Source of the DNA: Flaccisagitta enflata
Taxonomy: Eukaryota
Direction of reading: 5' to 3'
NCBI GenBank assembly: GCA_965153355.1
Contig: OZ231126.1
Location: 21,390,001-21,454,000, forward strand
DNA length: 64,000 nt
The first letter of the stretch is position 1. Every line of letters starts with the position of its first letter. The translations under genes were made by a program, and so were the position numbers. A model generated the notes under the pieces. That model had not been told where the DNA came from, did no database searches, and saw only the letters and a list, made by a program, of their open reading frames with translations. This document shows, in pieces, positions 40,759 through 54,461 of the stretch.

Positions 40759-41466
40759 TAACCTATTGCATCATGAAATCGAAATTTATAATAAATGATT
40801 ACGAAGTTACACGTAATCAACTACTCATAAGGACACGAAACTCTTTTTTTCTTTTCTTCTACCATTGCCATCTTTATCAGTTTTCGTGGCAGAGTACCGA
40901 TCGCACCATCAGTTCAGGATTTCACGCCTCAGATTGATTGTCATGCAATCCTTATTTTGTTCTGTTTTTGCAAAGCTTACAATGCAAAGACTTAGGGAAT
41001 ACGTAATGCATTCTTATAAGAGATTTTGTAGTTATTTACATATTGACAATAGGGAGCTTCACTATTAGGAGTAATTTTGTTTAGTCCCTTGGTATACGCG
41101 CTAGTGCCGCTCAACTGTATATCAGTCCCCAGATCAGGCCCCGTGGTTCTCACATCTGGTCCCCAGTATGAAATCATAGGTCATCGGTTGCTCCGGTACC
41201 GCTGACTCTGTCATCATCTCATCCCCATATACACACTAACTCAAGAGCATCGGGTACCGTTGGCCATGTAACGCTTTTACGACTATAGATACTTGTAATA
41301 AATTCCTATCCTTCTTCATCCAACAGTGTCTAGACAATTATTCTAAACGGCCGAGAGCAATAAAAATAACCAAAAATAATAACAACATACGATGGAAGTT
41401 GGACTGTTGCAATAACACCGAAAAAGCAACATCACTTCTTGTCACTCATTCATCCCCTTCTGGTAA

Positions 41467-43010
<1,544 letters not shown>

Positions 43011-43234
43011 TGCGGAATGGATTGACTACTGTCAAATGACTGGGTTGGAAACAGTTTTTACACTGCGAAATAGAAGGGGCAGCGGTAGCGTTGAAAGCCG
43101 CAGAGCAATGAAGCGGAAACGCATCAGCTTACTAAAACGGCTACCCCGCCCCCCAATCCTCGTATTTTGTCCATTTTCTCTGTTGTTGTTGTTATACGCT
43201 ACACTTCATGTGTGGATGCAAGTCATGCAACCTA

Positions 43235-44042
43235 CCGGGTCATCCAGCTGAGTTGTCGGATTCTGTTAAGCTTTTACTCACAGATGCTAAAAGTTATGTA
43301 TTTGAAATTAATCTAGTCTTAAAGAGTATACATTGACGTTTTTTGTGTCAAAATTTCATCCATTTCGGTCAAGTAGTTTGTCTTCCACATTGATTTGAAC
43401 ATACAGCTTTTATTTTAGGAATGGGCAGATTTTCCAATAAATTTCAGGAATTGTGCAAGTTAACATCAAAATTTTTTTGAAACATCAATCCAAAAAAGGC
43501 TTGAATCAGTGATGTTTTTGAAGTAGTTTATAACGTTTCTCAGCTTATCTATCATTTAAGATCAATCTTATCTCTATGGCATAGTTATTTTTAAAACAAG
43601 GCCGGATACACGGCTACCCTAGTCGCGTGCGGATGGGTAGGAGCAGTGCTGGAGAAGGTCACCAGAACATTTGGGCAGGAGCAGTAGGCTCAAAAAGCTC
43701 AAAAACGCCGAAAAAGTAAAAAGGGGACCGACCAACTGACCAACCGACCGACCAACCGACGGACCGACATAGCGGGGTATAGAGTCGCGTAGCACGCAAC
43801 TAAAAATGAAAATGAAGGCAGACAGAATTCTTGATTTTTGATGGAAAATCTGTCAAATGTGAAAATACTCATGCCACTTAAAATTTATATAAAAGACAAA
43901 CTACTTGACCAAAATGACTGAAATTTTTATACAAAAAATGTCAATCTATACTCTTCAAGACTTGATTAATTTCAAATCCATGTCTCTTGGCATGAAGGAG
44001 TAAAAGCTTAACAGAATCCGACAACTCAGATGGATGACCCTG
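43235..44042. mobile_element. Tc1/mariner-type MITE with nested HINE-like copy (43595-43806)
   Basis: TA|C(C/A)GGGTCATCCA.CTGAGTTGTCGGATTCTGTTAAGCTTTTACTC inverted at both ends. Confidence 0.88.
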
Positions 44043-44607
44043 TATTATCATTAGTGAACAGCAAATCGTTTATGTTTGATTTAAGAGAGTCTACATCTTA
44101 TCGTGTGAAGTTGAAAATCATTTAAAGGGCACTTAATCAATACATTGATTTTTTTCTGTAAGCAAATACTACTCCATAGTTTTTAAATCTCTTGTAACAA
44201 AGACATAGCCCTAGCCGTTGGTTTGAAAAATACAACTTCTCAAACAAAGGATTAGTTTGTTTGATCCATGGAAGCTCAAGAATGTTAGACAGCATCTTAA
44301 CATTGCGTGAAATGTTAAGAGGAGGAAAGTGTATGAGAATGCTATGCCACGCTAGTCATGAGAAGAGGGATATCGTAGGAAAACAGTCAGGGAAGAGGGG
44401 TGATGATGAGAGAGCACAAACCTGGGGTAATGCTGAGATAATATATCCTGAGAGCCGGTCGATATCTGTATCACGAGGAAGAGCACCAGCAGGTAAATGA
44501 CAAGTCAATCAATCAATGACAATGGCGCAATGAAGAATGCAAGTGATGCAATATCGTGCTCTTAACAGAAATTACAAGCGGATTAATGAGCTTATGATTT
44601 TTTCCGC

Positions 44608-44682
<75 letters not shown>

Positions 44683-45000
44683 TGTCATGCATCCATTTTC
44701 TTCCTGTAATTCTCTCTCTGTCTTTCTGGCATGCAATTCTGACGGCAAAATGCCGTAAATGTCGTAAAAATGTTTGAGCTTTGGCAGGATTCGAACTCGA
44801 AGACGCTCTGCACGCGGGAGAAATTTGGGGACAGAGACGCAGAGATTGACACCGAGTTTCAGATTTGAATTGAGCCAGAGACAGAAACGTCAAAAACCTC
44901 GGTTAATCTCTAGCTTTCTTGTAATAGTAGCACGGGGGCCAAATTCGGACATTGTATTATCAAATTGAGCAGAGACAGTGACGTCAGAAATGTCTTATTA

Positions 45001-45356
45001 CAGTTGAACCCCGCTCAAACGGACTAGCTTTTAACGGAATTCCACCTATTACAGATACTGATTCATGGTCCCTTAAACCCATTTTCTTTTATTTCCTATA
45101 TTGGCTGAAATAGAATTCCACTTATAACAGATAAAATTTGTTGGTCCCCGGAAATCCGTTAGAGCGGAATTTAACTGTACAGTTTAACCCCGCTGTAACG
45201 GACCCACCACCAACGGAATTCCACCTTTAACAGACACAAATTTATGGTCCCTTCAAGTTTATTTCTTTTATTTCCTTTGTTGGCAATAACAGAAGTCCGC
45301 CTATAACAGAAGAAAACTGTTGGTCCCCTGAAATCCTTAAGAGCGGGGTTTAACTG
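45001..45356. mobile_element. Two tandem 177-bp pogo/Tigger-like MITEs (45001-45177 and 45180-45356) sharing one TA
   Basis: TA|CAGTT.AACCCCGCT...AGCGG..TTTAACTG|TA occurs twice. Confidence 0.85.
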
Positions 45357-46569
45357 TACCTTGATTTGTGGCCCTCAGATGAGTTAAGGTTACAGTTGCA
45401 CAACTGTGCAATAATTGACCAGGGAAAACGCAAGAAGTCTTTTTTTTCTTTTGTTTAAGAGTATAACATTTCGCAATGATACAAGGCAAGTAAGACGCAG
45501 ATTACAGATAAAGAGTGGTTTTCTATTTACTGATCTCTCCGTTTCTTTCTGACCGTCCCAAATTTTCTTTAAAACAAAAAAACACCAAAAAATGGAGAAG
45601 TGGCGGGGACGTTGAAAATAAAACGGGGATGCGGATGAACAGAGACAGAGACAGTGACGTCCAAAATGTCTCCTATTTTCTCATTCTTCTCGACTGTTTC
45701 TCGATTCCATTGATACAAAACGAGACAGAGGCAGAGACTCAAGAGATCCGTTTGGCAGGAAAGGTCACTCCGTTGGAAATCTAGATCAAACTCTTTATAC
45801 AACAGGCCCGAGATTTTTACATATTTGATGTGGGTGGAATTCATTCCAATCTAAAAGAAAAAAAATATTGCGCCCTCGTTGTAACAAATGGAGGAATCGT
45901 TAATGTTGTTTTCGTTTTTAATGTTGCTGTTGTTGTTGGCGGGAGGTTGTGTTTGATGTCATGACTGGAATGCTTGGATGCGTTTGAATAACATAACTAG
46001 TTTGATGACCTTGCGTTGTAAGAATGTGTTCGTGTCTGCGTGAAAATGTCAAGGATGAGTCGAAAAATTGTTCCGGTGACATTTACAAATGTAGGGCATT
46101 CTTAAAATGTGTACCGTATGAAACAATGATTTGAATGAATGAATTTAATTCATGAAAACAATACAAAATTACAATGCATACAATTGTAAAACTATCTTTC
46201 CACGGATAGCCCGTGAAAGTCGAACTGGATTGGGTAACTTTTTGCTAACAGGGCCCCCAGTTGTCGTGTGTACCATGTCCATGACATCAACGTAAAAAAA
46301 AACATTATTAATTTTAAACAAGTTCGAAGTTATGAAAAAAAACTGTCAGTAACAATTGGAAACAGCACTTTTTGGGCAGCGGCCCCAAAGGACCGATGTC
46401 CTGTAGAACACAGGGGGTAATTTCCAGACGTCCGTCCATCCTTCTATCCTTCCATCCATCCCCCCCCCCCCACCCCGTTGGCCATCAAGACCTCGAATTT
46501 GCCCTACCAGCCCTCAATTTAACCTTCGAGGCCTCAAATCAGCCTTCCAGGCTTATAATCAACCCCCTC

Positions 46570-47174
46570 CACTGCTGTCTCACACAAAGTCTGAGACAAG
46601 AATGACATAACTATGCGGTTTTTTGCATTTTTGCATAGGTCATGGGCGTACAAACCAAGAACCATCTTTCCAGAGGCGCTTTTTGAAATAAATGAAAAAA
46701 TCATTATTTTTAGCTTTATTTTTTATAAAAAAAATTTTCAGGCTGGTTTTATCTATTGTTTGAGAGTATATTGTTAATCTTGATAAAATTCTGATTCATT
46801 TGATAGGTCGCACTATATGGTTTTCATAAGAAATAAATTTTTCATTTTCTAAGCCACCGTTCTAACTTTGTAACGGTGGCTTTGAAAATGAAATTTTTTT
46901 CTCTTATGAAAACCATATAGTGCGACCTATCAAATGAATCAGAAATTTATCAGGATTAACATTATGCTGTCAAAAAAAAGTTAAACCGACCTGAAAAATT
47001 TTTTTATGAAAAATAAAGCTAAAAATATTGAGTTTTTCATTTCTTTCAAAAAGCGCCTCAGGAAAGATTTTCTACTTGATGGTTCTTGGTTTGTATGCTC
47101 ATGAATTATGCAAAAATGCAAAAAACTGCATAGTTATATCATTCTTGTCTCAAACCTAGTGTGAGACAGCAGTG
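46570..47174. mobile_element. Chapaev/CMC-like foldback MITE (605 bp, near-complete palindrome) nested in a family-B HINE
   Basis: CACTGCTGTCTCACAC...GTGTGAGACAGCAGTG; 4-bp TSD CCTC; symmetry centre near 46868. Confidence 0.88.
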
Positions 47175-47687
47175 CCTCAGCCTCAAATCTGCCATCCAGA
47201 CCACAAATCTGCCCTCCAGACCTTCAATTAGCCTCTAAAGCATAAAACCAGCCCTCTGTGGCTCAGATTTGCCCTCAAAACGTTAAATCTACTTTCCAAG
47301 CCTTAATTCTGCCCCCCAGCCTTCTAATATGCCTTCAGTGGCCTAAAGTAGTCATCTAAGGTCTGAAATATGCCCCCTCAGGACGTCTGGAAATTCCCCC
47401 CTGTGTTCTACAGGACATCGGCCCTTTGGGGCCGCTGCCCTGCTCTCACACCACTTCATCACTGGATCACTCCCTGCAGGGCATCGGGTACCGCTGACCA
47501 TGTGCGATCCTTGGATGACTAGTTTTCTCTTTGACGCAAACTCAGTTAATTCTCAAATGCCATCGTTGTCTCTAACATGATAGCATCAAAACAATGCAGC
47601 CGGGAAAAAATTACTTGATGTCTGCGATGCCTAATGGCACAATTTCTCAATTGCAACTTTTTCTAGACGGCGCCAACACTCTTTGCC

Positions 47688-47763
<76 letters not shown>

Positions 47764-48829
47764 GACAGAGAGAGAAAGAGAACATATCTCGATAGCGCAA
47801 TGAGCTGGATGGCATGATGCCAACAAAACAGAGAGAGAGAGAAGGGGGAGAGAGCGCGACTTATTCCATCAGTGCCTCCACGAAGGCAATGGGGAGAATT
47901 CATTCTTCTTTGTTCTTTGCATTTGACAAGAATTGGAAAAAAGCAGAGGTCGCGACGGCAGATGGAAGCCAAGCAGAAACCCAACGCAATCTCGGTGCAG
48001 ACAAAAAGAAGAAGAAAAAGAAAAAGACAACGGAATCCACAGTAAACAACAGTAAACAACACCAGAGAGAGACAATAGTCGCAAAAGCGTTAGATGGTCA
48101 GCGGTACCCGTTGCCCCTATGTGAGTATTTGTGGGTGTGAGATGGTTAGAGGGGCAGCGGCCCCAAAGGGGCCGATGACCTATGCTGTTTTTATTTGGGC
48201 CTCAAGGATGGAATTAGGGCCTGGAGGCTGCAATTGGGGCCTTGAGGCTTGGATTAGGGCCTTGAGGCTGGAATTTGAGCTTCGAGGCTGGGATTTGAGC
48301 TTTGAGGCTGTGATTTGAGCTTCGAGGCTGGGATTTGAGCTTTATGGGTGGGATTTGAGCTTTGAGGCTGGGGTTTGAGTTTCAAAGCTGGGATTTGAGC
48401 TTTAAGGCTGGGATTTGAGCTTCAAGGCTGGGATTTGTGCCTTGAGACTGGGATTTGAGCCTCAGGGCTTGGATTTGAGCCTCGAGGCTTGGATTTTAGC
48501 CTGGAGACTGGGATTTGAGCCTCGAGGCTGGGATTTGAGCTTCAAAGCGGGGATTTGAGGCTCGAAGCTAGAATTTGGGTCTCGAGACTAGGATTTGGGC
48601 CTTGAGGGGGGGGGGGGGGACGGAGAAGGAGAAGAAGAAGGAGAAGAAGAAGGAGAAGAAGGAGAAATTTCCCCTATGTGTGAAAGCATAGGTCATCGGC
48701 CCCTTCGGGGCCGCTGCCCAAAAAGCAGTGGCTGTCGCCAATAGATGTGAATTGCAGGTGTTCAGTGCTTTGTTTTTAGCTGAAATGAATTGTTTTGATG
48801 AAATATTAGACTGTGAAAAAAATTAAGAC

Positions 48830-49143
48830 CGGGCAACGATGCGTCCTTACTGTGTCTCTACGTGTATTGAACATGTGACATGAATGGAGAGACAGATGGA
48901 CAAACTGACAGATGAATCGACTGAGAAATAAAGGAGACTCTCAAAACATGTTTGTTGATCATTTGATTCCATATAGGATCTCACCGAGGCCAAAAACAGC
49001 CAAGAAACGCGGTTTTTGCACGGGCGTAACGGACCGACGGACCGACGGGACGACGGACCAACGGACAGACGGACGGACGGACGGACGGACGGACGGACGG
49101 ACGGACAGACCCTCTTATAGAGATGCGAGGACGCATCTAAAAA
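48830..49143 (-). mobile_element. HINE/DINE-1-like family C (TTTTTAGATGCGTCCTCGCATCTCTATAAGAGG + (GTCC)n); partial copies ~7860-7960, 26290-26338, 27380-27426, 57920-58075
   Basis: Terminal hairpin AGATGCG..CGCATCT next to a T-run and (GGAC)n microsatellite. Confidence 0.65.
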
Positions 49144-49169
49144 CATAGTATAAAGAGAAAACGACTTAG

Positions 49170-49510
49170 GGGCAAAACCCAGTGTAGGGGAAAGATTCCA
49201 TGAAGAAAAAAAACAGTGTTGGGGCAAGACAGTGGAGTTTGGGAAAGACAGCAGAAAGACAAAACTCAGTGTAACCGAAAGACGGCAGAGAAACAAAACC
49301 CAACATAGGGGAAAGACAGCAAAAAAACAAAACCCAATATAAGGGGAAGATAACAGAAAGACAAAACCCAGTGTTGTGAAAAAATGGCAGAAAGACAAAA
49401 CCCAGTGTACTGGGAAAAAACGGCAGAAAGACAAAACCCAGTGTAGTGGAAAAACAGCTGAAAGACAAAACCGGTATTGGGGAAAGACACTAGAGAGACA
49501 AGAACCCAGA
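49170..49510. repeat. ~32-bp minisatellite (ACAAAACCCAGTGTAGGGGAAAGACAGCAGAAAG)
   Basis: Direct inspection. Confidence 0.85.
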
Positions 49511-49764
49511 AGGAAAAAAAAAGAAAAAAAAAGTAGAGTCATGGGGTGGTGCTAAAGTGAATTGTTAAAGTAAAATTCTTTTGTTTGCTTAATTAAATTA
49601 AAGTTTCAGATGTGTCGAGAGAGCAGAGGAGCTCAAAAATTAAAGCGGCGGCGATTCCTGAAAAGAAAAGAAAAGAAACGGTTCCCGAAAGACTTGATCC
49701 TGAACAAACGGGTTCCAGTAAAGACTTGATCATTAAGAGACTTGATCCTTAAAGATATACAGAC

Positions 49765-51162
49765 TTGATCATATATTACGGCGGCGACGTGGCGGCGGCG
49801 GAGGAATTGGTTGGACGCCGTGTTCTTACAAAACGAAACGGCGTCTGGTTGATGTCATCGCCGTCAGCAGCATCGCCTCTGGCCCAGGGGGGTCGGGGGA
49901 GCAGACGAATAAGGGAAAATGCGAATTATGCGCCTCAACCGGGAATAAGATCGACAAATGAGAACAGGCGGCTTGGAGCGGCAGCCAGTCCATCGGCGAC
50001 CAATCCTAAAACGGCACCGGTAACAACAACAACACCATCAGGAAAAGAAAAGAGAAAGAAATCAACGGCGGCGACATCGGTGTCTGCGTCGTCGACGACG
50101 ACGACGGCGGCGACGACGACGGGTACAGGTCTAATGGGAAGTCCGGTGTCGACGGCGGCGGCGGCGGCGGTGGCGGCGTCAAATATCTCTTCTGTCAAAG
50201 AAGGGAAAAGCGACGACGGTGGCGCCGCCGATGACGTTGCTTCGCTGGAATCGAAACTTCTCTTACTGGCGGAAAGGGTAAAGAAACTGGAGCAGCAGAA
50301 GGAAGAGAAGGAGATGGAAGTCCACGACCTTAGAGATCGCCTTGAGGAGGAGGAATTCGCTAGGAGGCGGGTGGAAGAGAAGCTGTTGGAAAAGATTGAG
50401 GAGGAAAGGAAGAAGCACGAGGAGGAAGTTGGGAAAATAAACGAGACTCTAGCAGAACAGAAGAGGGAGATTGAGCAGCTAGTAGCAGGAGGGGAGAGAC
50501 CAACCAGGAGCAGGAGGGAGGAGGAGGAGGAGGAGGAGAATTACCGAGGCATTATCCTGGCGGACTCTAACGGAAGAGGCGCGACCGAGGACACAGTGAA
50601 GAATCACATTCCCCGGAAGGATCGGAAGAAATACAAAATCGAAGTAAAGGAAGCTTACACCACGGGAGATGCTCTTTTTCTTGTAGAACAAGGGAAAGTC
50701 GACGTAAGGGGAGCCATAGTTGTGGTAGACTGTCTTACCAACGACATCAGAAGGACGTGGTCTGCATCGGCGGCAGATCCACCTGAGTTGATCCGACGCG
50801 TTGATGAACTGTGGCGGGCGCTTACTGCAGCTGGTGCTGCAGCCATTGTCGTGTGCGAGATCAAACCGATACGATCAGTCGACGTCAGATGTCACAACGC
50901 TCTTCTGAATGACTATCTTCTTTCGAAAGGGGATCGCGGCTACGGTTGTAAGACTCAGATTCGCATGAGTTATCTTAAGCAAAAAGACGGTCTTCACATT
51001 CGTCCTGAGTTCGCCTCTATCATGGATCGTACGTACGCGTGTGCCCTGCTAGGAATTCATGTCCCTTGCCCTACACCATCTGAGGATTTTGTTCCCGATC
51101 ATGTAAGACGTAGGTTTGAGATGGATTGGCCAAGAGTAGGAAGGGCACCTACATTTCGTTGA
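49765..51162 (+). CDS. LINE ORF1: low-complexity N-terminus, coiled coil and SGNH/GDSL esterase-like domain (likely start ATG 49852)
   Basis: E/K/R-rich heptad region, then IILADSNGR, CLTNDI and DGLHI, matching SGNH blocks (GDS, GxND, DxxH) known from CR1/L2 ORF1s. Confidence 0.85.
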   Translation: MIIYYGGDVAAAEELVGRRVLTKRNGVWLMSSPSAASPLAQGGRGSRRIRENANYAPQPGIRSTNENRRLGAAASPSATNPKTAPVTTTTPSGKEKRKKSTAATSVSASSTTTTAATTTGTGLMGSPVSTAAAAAVAASNISSVKEGKSDDGGAADDVASLESKLLLLAERVKKLEQQKEEKEMEVHDLRDRLEEEEFARRRVEEKLLEKIEEERKKHEEEVGKINETLAEQKREIEQLVAGGERPTRSRREEEEEEENYRGIILADSNGRGATEDTVKNHIPRKDRKKYKIEVKEAYTTGDALFLVEQGKVDVRGAIVVVDCLTNDIRRTWSASAADPPELIRRVDELWRALTAAGAAAIVVCEIKPIRSVDVRCHNALLNDYLLSKGDRGYGCKTQIRMSYLKQKDGLHIRPEFASIMDRTYACALLGIHVPCPTPSEDFVPDHVRRRFEMDWPRVGRAPTFR

Positions 51163-51164
51163 AT

Positions 51165-54100
51165 ATGGCTGATGGCCCTGTACATGCGCAAAGGTTGGGT
51201 CGTTGCCCGCGCTGCGAGGTTTGTGGTGTGGCTGTTAGGACCAGGGGGGTGGGCGTGGCGGGGGTGTGGTGCCCTGGGTGTGTCAGTGGGGCCCTGCCCT
51301 TTGTGGGGCTCGTGGCTGAGGGGGATTATAGGGGTGCCCTGAGGGAGTACAGGGAGGGGCTTGGGTCGAGGGCTGGGGACTTCCTGGGGTTGAGGTTTGA
51401 CCCCTTTGATGATGAGGATAGGGGGGCCCTTGGGGGGGTGGATGCTACCCTGAGGGGGTGTGGGTATCTGGGGGGGGATGAGGTGGTTGGCAGGCTTAGG
51501 GGGCAGGCTAAGGAGGGGGGTTGCTCGCTCTCCTTGCTTTTTCACAATATAAGGAGCGCGAGGGGGCCGGGGATGGAGTTATTTGAGGCGGAGCTTAGGA
51601 GGTGGGGGGTCCCTTGGGATGTGGTTGGTTTGGCGGAGACGTGGTTGGATGAGGAGAGCGAGAAGGGGGTGGCGGTTGAGGGATACGGGGTGTTGTGTGC
51701 GTCGAGAAGTGAGAGGAGGGGTGGGGGGGTTGCTTTATTACTAAGGGATGGACTGACGTACAGGGAGAGGCCCGACTTGGGGACTTTTACAGAGGGGGTT
51801 TTTGAGTCGCTTTTTGTTGAGATAGTTAGGGGAGGGGGACGTAGGAATGACGTAATAGGGGTAGTGTATAGGCCACCAGGGGGGGAGCTAGGTGGGTTCA
51901 ATGATGAGATGGCCCAGGTGCTGACAAAGTTACGGGGGACGGACGCCTACATCATGGGGGACTTCAATGTTGACTTGTTAAGGACAGGCACCCATGGGCC
52001 AACGTCAGACTTCATGGGAGGTTTCTCATCGGGGGGCTTTTACCCTCTGATATCACTCCCTACAAGGCTGACTGACAGCACGGCTACATTGATAGACAAC
52101 ATATGGACTAATAACATAGGGGCGGGGATGAGTAGTGGGTTGGTGACGGTCAGGGTTTCGGACCACCTCCCGGTTTTTGTTTTTGTGGGGGGAGGTGGGC
52201 CGTCGGTGGGTCTGGCAGATGGGGGGGTGGGCAGGAAGAGGAGGCGGGTGAATGAGGGGCGCATTCGCCAGTTTGCCGAGGAGTTGGAGGGGTGGAGTTT
52301 TGACGAGGAGGGGGCATTGGGGGTTGAGGGGAATGTTGCGCGATTCCGGAATGCTTTCCGGGACCTCTATGACGCGCGCTTCCCATGGGTGGAGGATAAG
52401 AGGAACAGGAGGGACGTGGAGAAGCCCTGGCTGGATGATGATGAGTTTAAGGGGCTGGTCAGGGAGAAGGGGGAGCTGTACTCCAGGAAGATTAGGGGGT
52501 TGCTAGATGAGGAGGGCAAAAGGAGGCTGGTCGAAGTAAATAGGACAGTGGGTAACCTGAGGCAGCGTCTGAAAAGGGCCTACTTTGACCAGAGGTTGGG
52601 GGAGATAAATGGGGACCTCAAGGCCACGTGGGAGGTCTTGGGTGAGGTCCTGAGGGGGAGGAGGGTACTGGGTAAGGGGGCGCCGTGTCGCTACTTTGTT
52701 AAGGATGGGGGTCCGGTCACAGATGGGGCGGGGATAGTGGGGGGGTTTTGTGATTTTTACTGTAAGGTAGGGCCAGAGCTGGCGGCTAGGATAGGACGGG
52801 AGCAGGAGGGGGCATTTCTGGAGTACATGGGGGCTAGGGTTGAGGAGTCCCTCTTCTGGAGTCCAACAACTCCGGCTGAGGTTGAGGAGCTGTGCAGGTC
52901 CCTTGTCCCCGGTAAGGGGATGGGTTGGGATGGGGTATCCCCACGGGTGATAAAGGGAGTGGCTAGGGAGCTTTCGGGCTCCCTATCGCGGCTTTTTAAC
53001 TGCTGCATGCGGGGCGGCCACTATCCTGCCTGCTTTAAGGTTGCTAGGGTTGTCCCGGTCTTTAAGGGGGGGGACCCTACGGAGTTCTCCAATTACCGCC
53101 CGGTGTCAGTCCTGCCAGTCCTCTCGCAGCTGTTTGAGAGAGTGCTGCAAAAGAGGCTGGTGGCTTTCTTTGACAGGCACCGTGTGATGGTCCCGGGACA
53201 GTATGGCTTCAGGGCTGGGCACTCCACGGCCATGGCCGTGCTGGACATGGTTGAAAGGGTGAGGAAGGCGTGGGAGGGGGGTAATGTCGCTCTTGGGGTC
53301 TTCATAGACCTCAAGAAGGCATTTGACACAGTGGATCACCAGCTTCTCCTGCGAAAGCTGGAGCACTATGGAGTGAGGGGGGAGACCCTGGGGCTCCTTC
53401 GGAGCTACCTAGAGGGTAGGACCCAGTATGTGCAGTATGGGGGGTTTGAGTCAGAGAGGGGTCAGGTTGAGTGTGGAGTCCCTCAGGGGTCAGTGTTGGG
53501 ACCGTTGTTTTTCCTGCTCTATGTCAATGACATGGCAAGAGCTTGCATCGGTTTGGACCTGGTTCTCTTTGCGGATGACACAAACATATTTGCTCAGAGC
53601 AAGGACCCTGCTGGGCTTTTTGGGGTGGTGAATGAGGGGTTGGGGCGGCTCAGCAGGTGGTTTAGATGTAATAGGCTTACTCTGAACTTGAAAAAGACGG
53701 AGTATGTCTACTTTGGCGGACCTGGGGCCCGGGGGTGCCTACCGGGGGGGTTAGAGCTTAGCATAGGGGGTGAGAGGATAGCTCAGGTACAGGGGGCGCG
53801 GTTTTTGGGGGTGTGGGTGGATGAGGGCCTGAAATGGGCCGGTCAGATAGAGAAGGTTAGGTCGAAGGTTGGCCGACTGTTGGGGGTGCTTGGCAGAGCA
53901 GGGGGGGTCCTGGGAAGTGGGTCCCTTCTCTCACTCTATAATGCATTGGTCCTGCCACACCTGCAGTACTGTCTCATGGTGTGGGGGGATTTTGAGGGTG
54001 GGCGGAATCTGACAGTGGGTGGGGCTCTTCTTAGGTATCAGAAGAGGTTTGCTGGCCTGGTAGCCGGCAAGAGAGGGCGCTACCATGCTGACCCACTCCT

Positions 54101-54461
54101 GGCCCAGTATGGCATGCTTAAGGTGGGGGACTTGTATAAGCAGCAGCTTCGGGTCCACGCCTGGCGCTTCTGGAAGGGCAGGCTTCCGGAGAACCAGGCA
54201 GCTATGCTGGGCAGGATTGAGGGTGTCCATGGGTACGGGACTAGGTCGGCTAGGGGGGGTTTGTATCTGTCCACTAGGGACCACGGGTCGGTGGGTTACA
54301 GGGTGCCCAAGGAGTGGGCTACATTAGGGGAGGAACACAGGGGGGTGGGGTCCCTTGCGGCTTTTAAGAGGCAGTCGAGGGCGGGGTTCCTGGCGGAGTA
54401 TGGGGGGTTCGAGTGCGGGGTGGTTGGGTGTGGGGTCTGTGCTTGGAATGGGGGGGGCTAA
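51165..54461 (+). CDS. LINE ORF2: N-terminal Cys motif, APE endonuclease and reverse transcriptase
   Basis: APE: NIRS, LAETWL, GGGVA, YRPP, MGDFNVD, LIDNIW, SDHLPV. RT: NYRPVS, QYGFR, FIDLKKAFDTVDH, GVPQGSVLGP, FADDT, FLG. C-terminal C..C.VC. ATG at 51165, just after the ORF1 stop. Confidence 0.96.
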   Translation: MADGPVHAQRLGRCPRCEVCGVAVRTRGVGVAGVWCPGCVSGALPFVGLVAEGDYRGALREYREGLGSRAGDFLGLRFDPFDDEDRGALGGVDATLRGCGYLGGDEVVGRLRGQAKEGGCSLSLLFHNIRSARGPGMELFEAELRRWGVPWDVVGLAETWLDEESEKGVAVEGYGVLCASRSERRGGGVALLLRDGLTYRERPDLGTFTEGVFESLFVEIVRGGGRRNDVIGVVYRPPGGELGGFNDEMAQVLTKLRGTDAYIMGDFNVDLLRTGTHGPTSDFMGGFSSGGFYPLISLPTRLTDSTATLIDNIWTNNIGAGMSSGLVTVRVSDHLPVFVFVGGGGPSVGLADGGVGRKRRRVNEGRIRQFAEELEGWSFDEEGALGVEGNVARFRNAFRDLYDARFPWVEDKRNRRDVEKPWLDDDEFKGLVREKGELYSRKIRGLLDEEGKRRLVEVNRTVGNLRQRLKRAYFDQRLGEINGDLKATWEVLGEVLRGRRVLGKGAPCRYFVKDGGPVTDGAGIVGGFCDFYCKVGPELAARIGREQEGAFLEYMGARVEESLFWSPTTPAEVEELCRSLVPGKGMGWDGVSPRVIKGVARELSGSLSRLFNCCMRGGHYPACFKVARVVPVFKGGDPTEFSNYRPVSVLPVLSQLFERVLQKRLVAFFDRHRVMVPGQYGFRAGHSTAMAVLDMVERVRKAWEGGNVALGVFIDLKKAFDTVDHQLLLRKLEHYGVRGETLGLLRSYLEGRTQYVQYGGFESERGQVECGVPQGSVLGPLFFLLYVNDMARACIGLDLVLFADDTNIFAQSKDPAGLFGVVNEGLGRLSRWFRCNRLTLNLKKTEYVYFGGPGARGCLPGGLELSIGGERIAQVQGARFLGVWVDEGLKWAGQIEKVRSKVGRLLGVLGRAGGVLGSGSLLSLYNALVLPHLQYCLMVWGDFEGGRNLTVGGALLRYQKRFAGLVAGKRGRYHADPLLAQYGMLKVGDLYKQQLRVHAWRFWKGRLPENQAAMLGRIEGVHGYGTRSARGGLYLSTRDHGSVGYRVPKEWATLGEEHRGVGSLAAFKRQSRAGFLAEYGGFECGVVGCGVCAWNGGG

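Noticed and set aside
51099-54327. Antisense and alternative-frame ORFs within the LINE
   Set aside because: By-products of the G/C-rich, stop-poor composition of ORF2.
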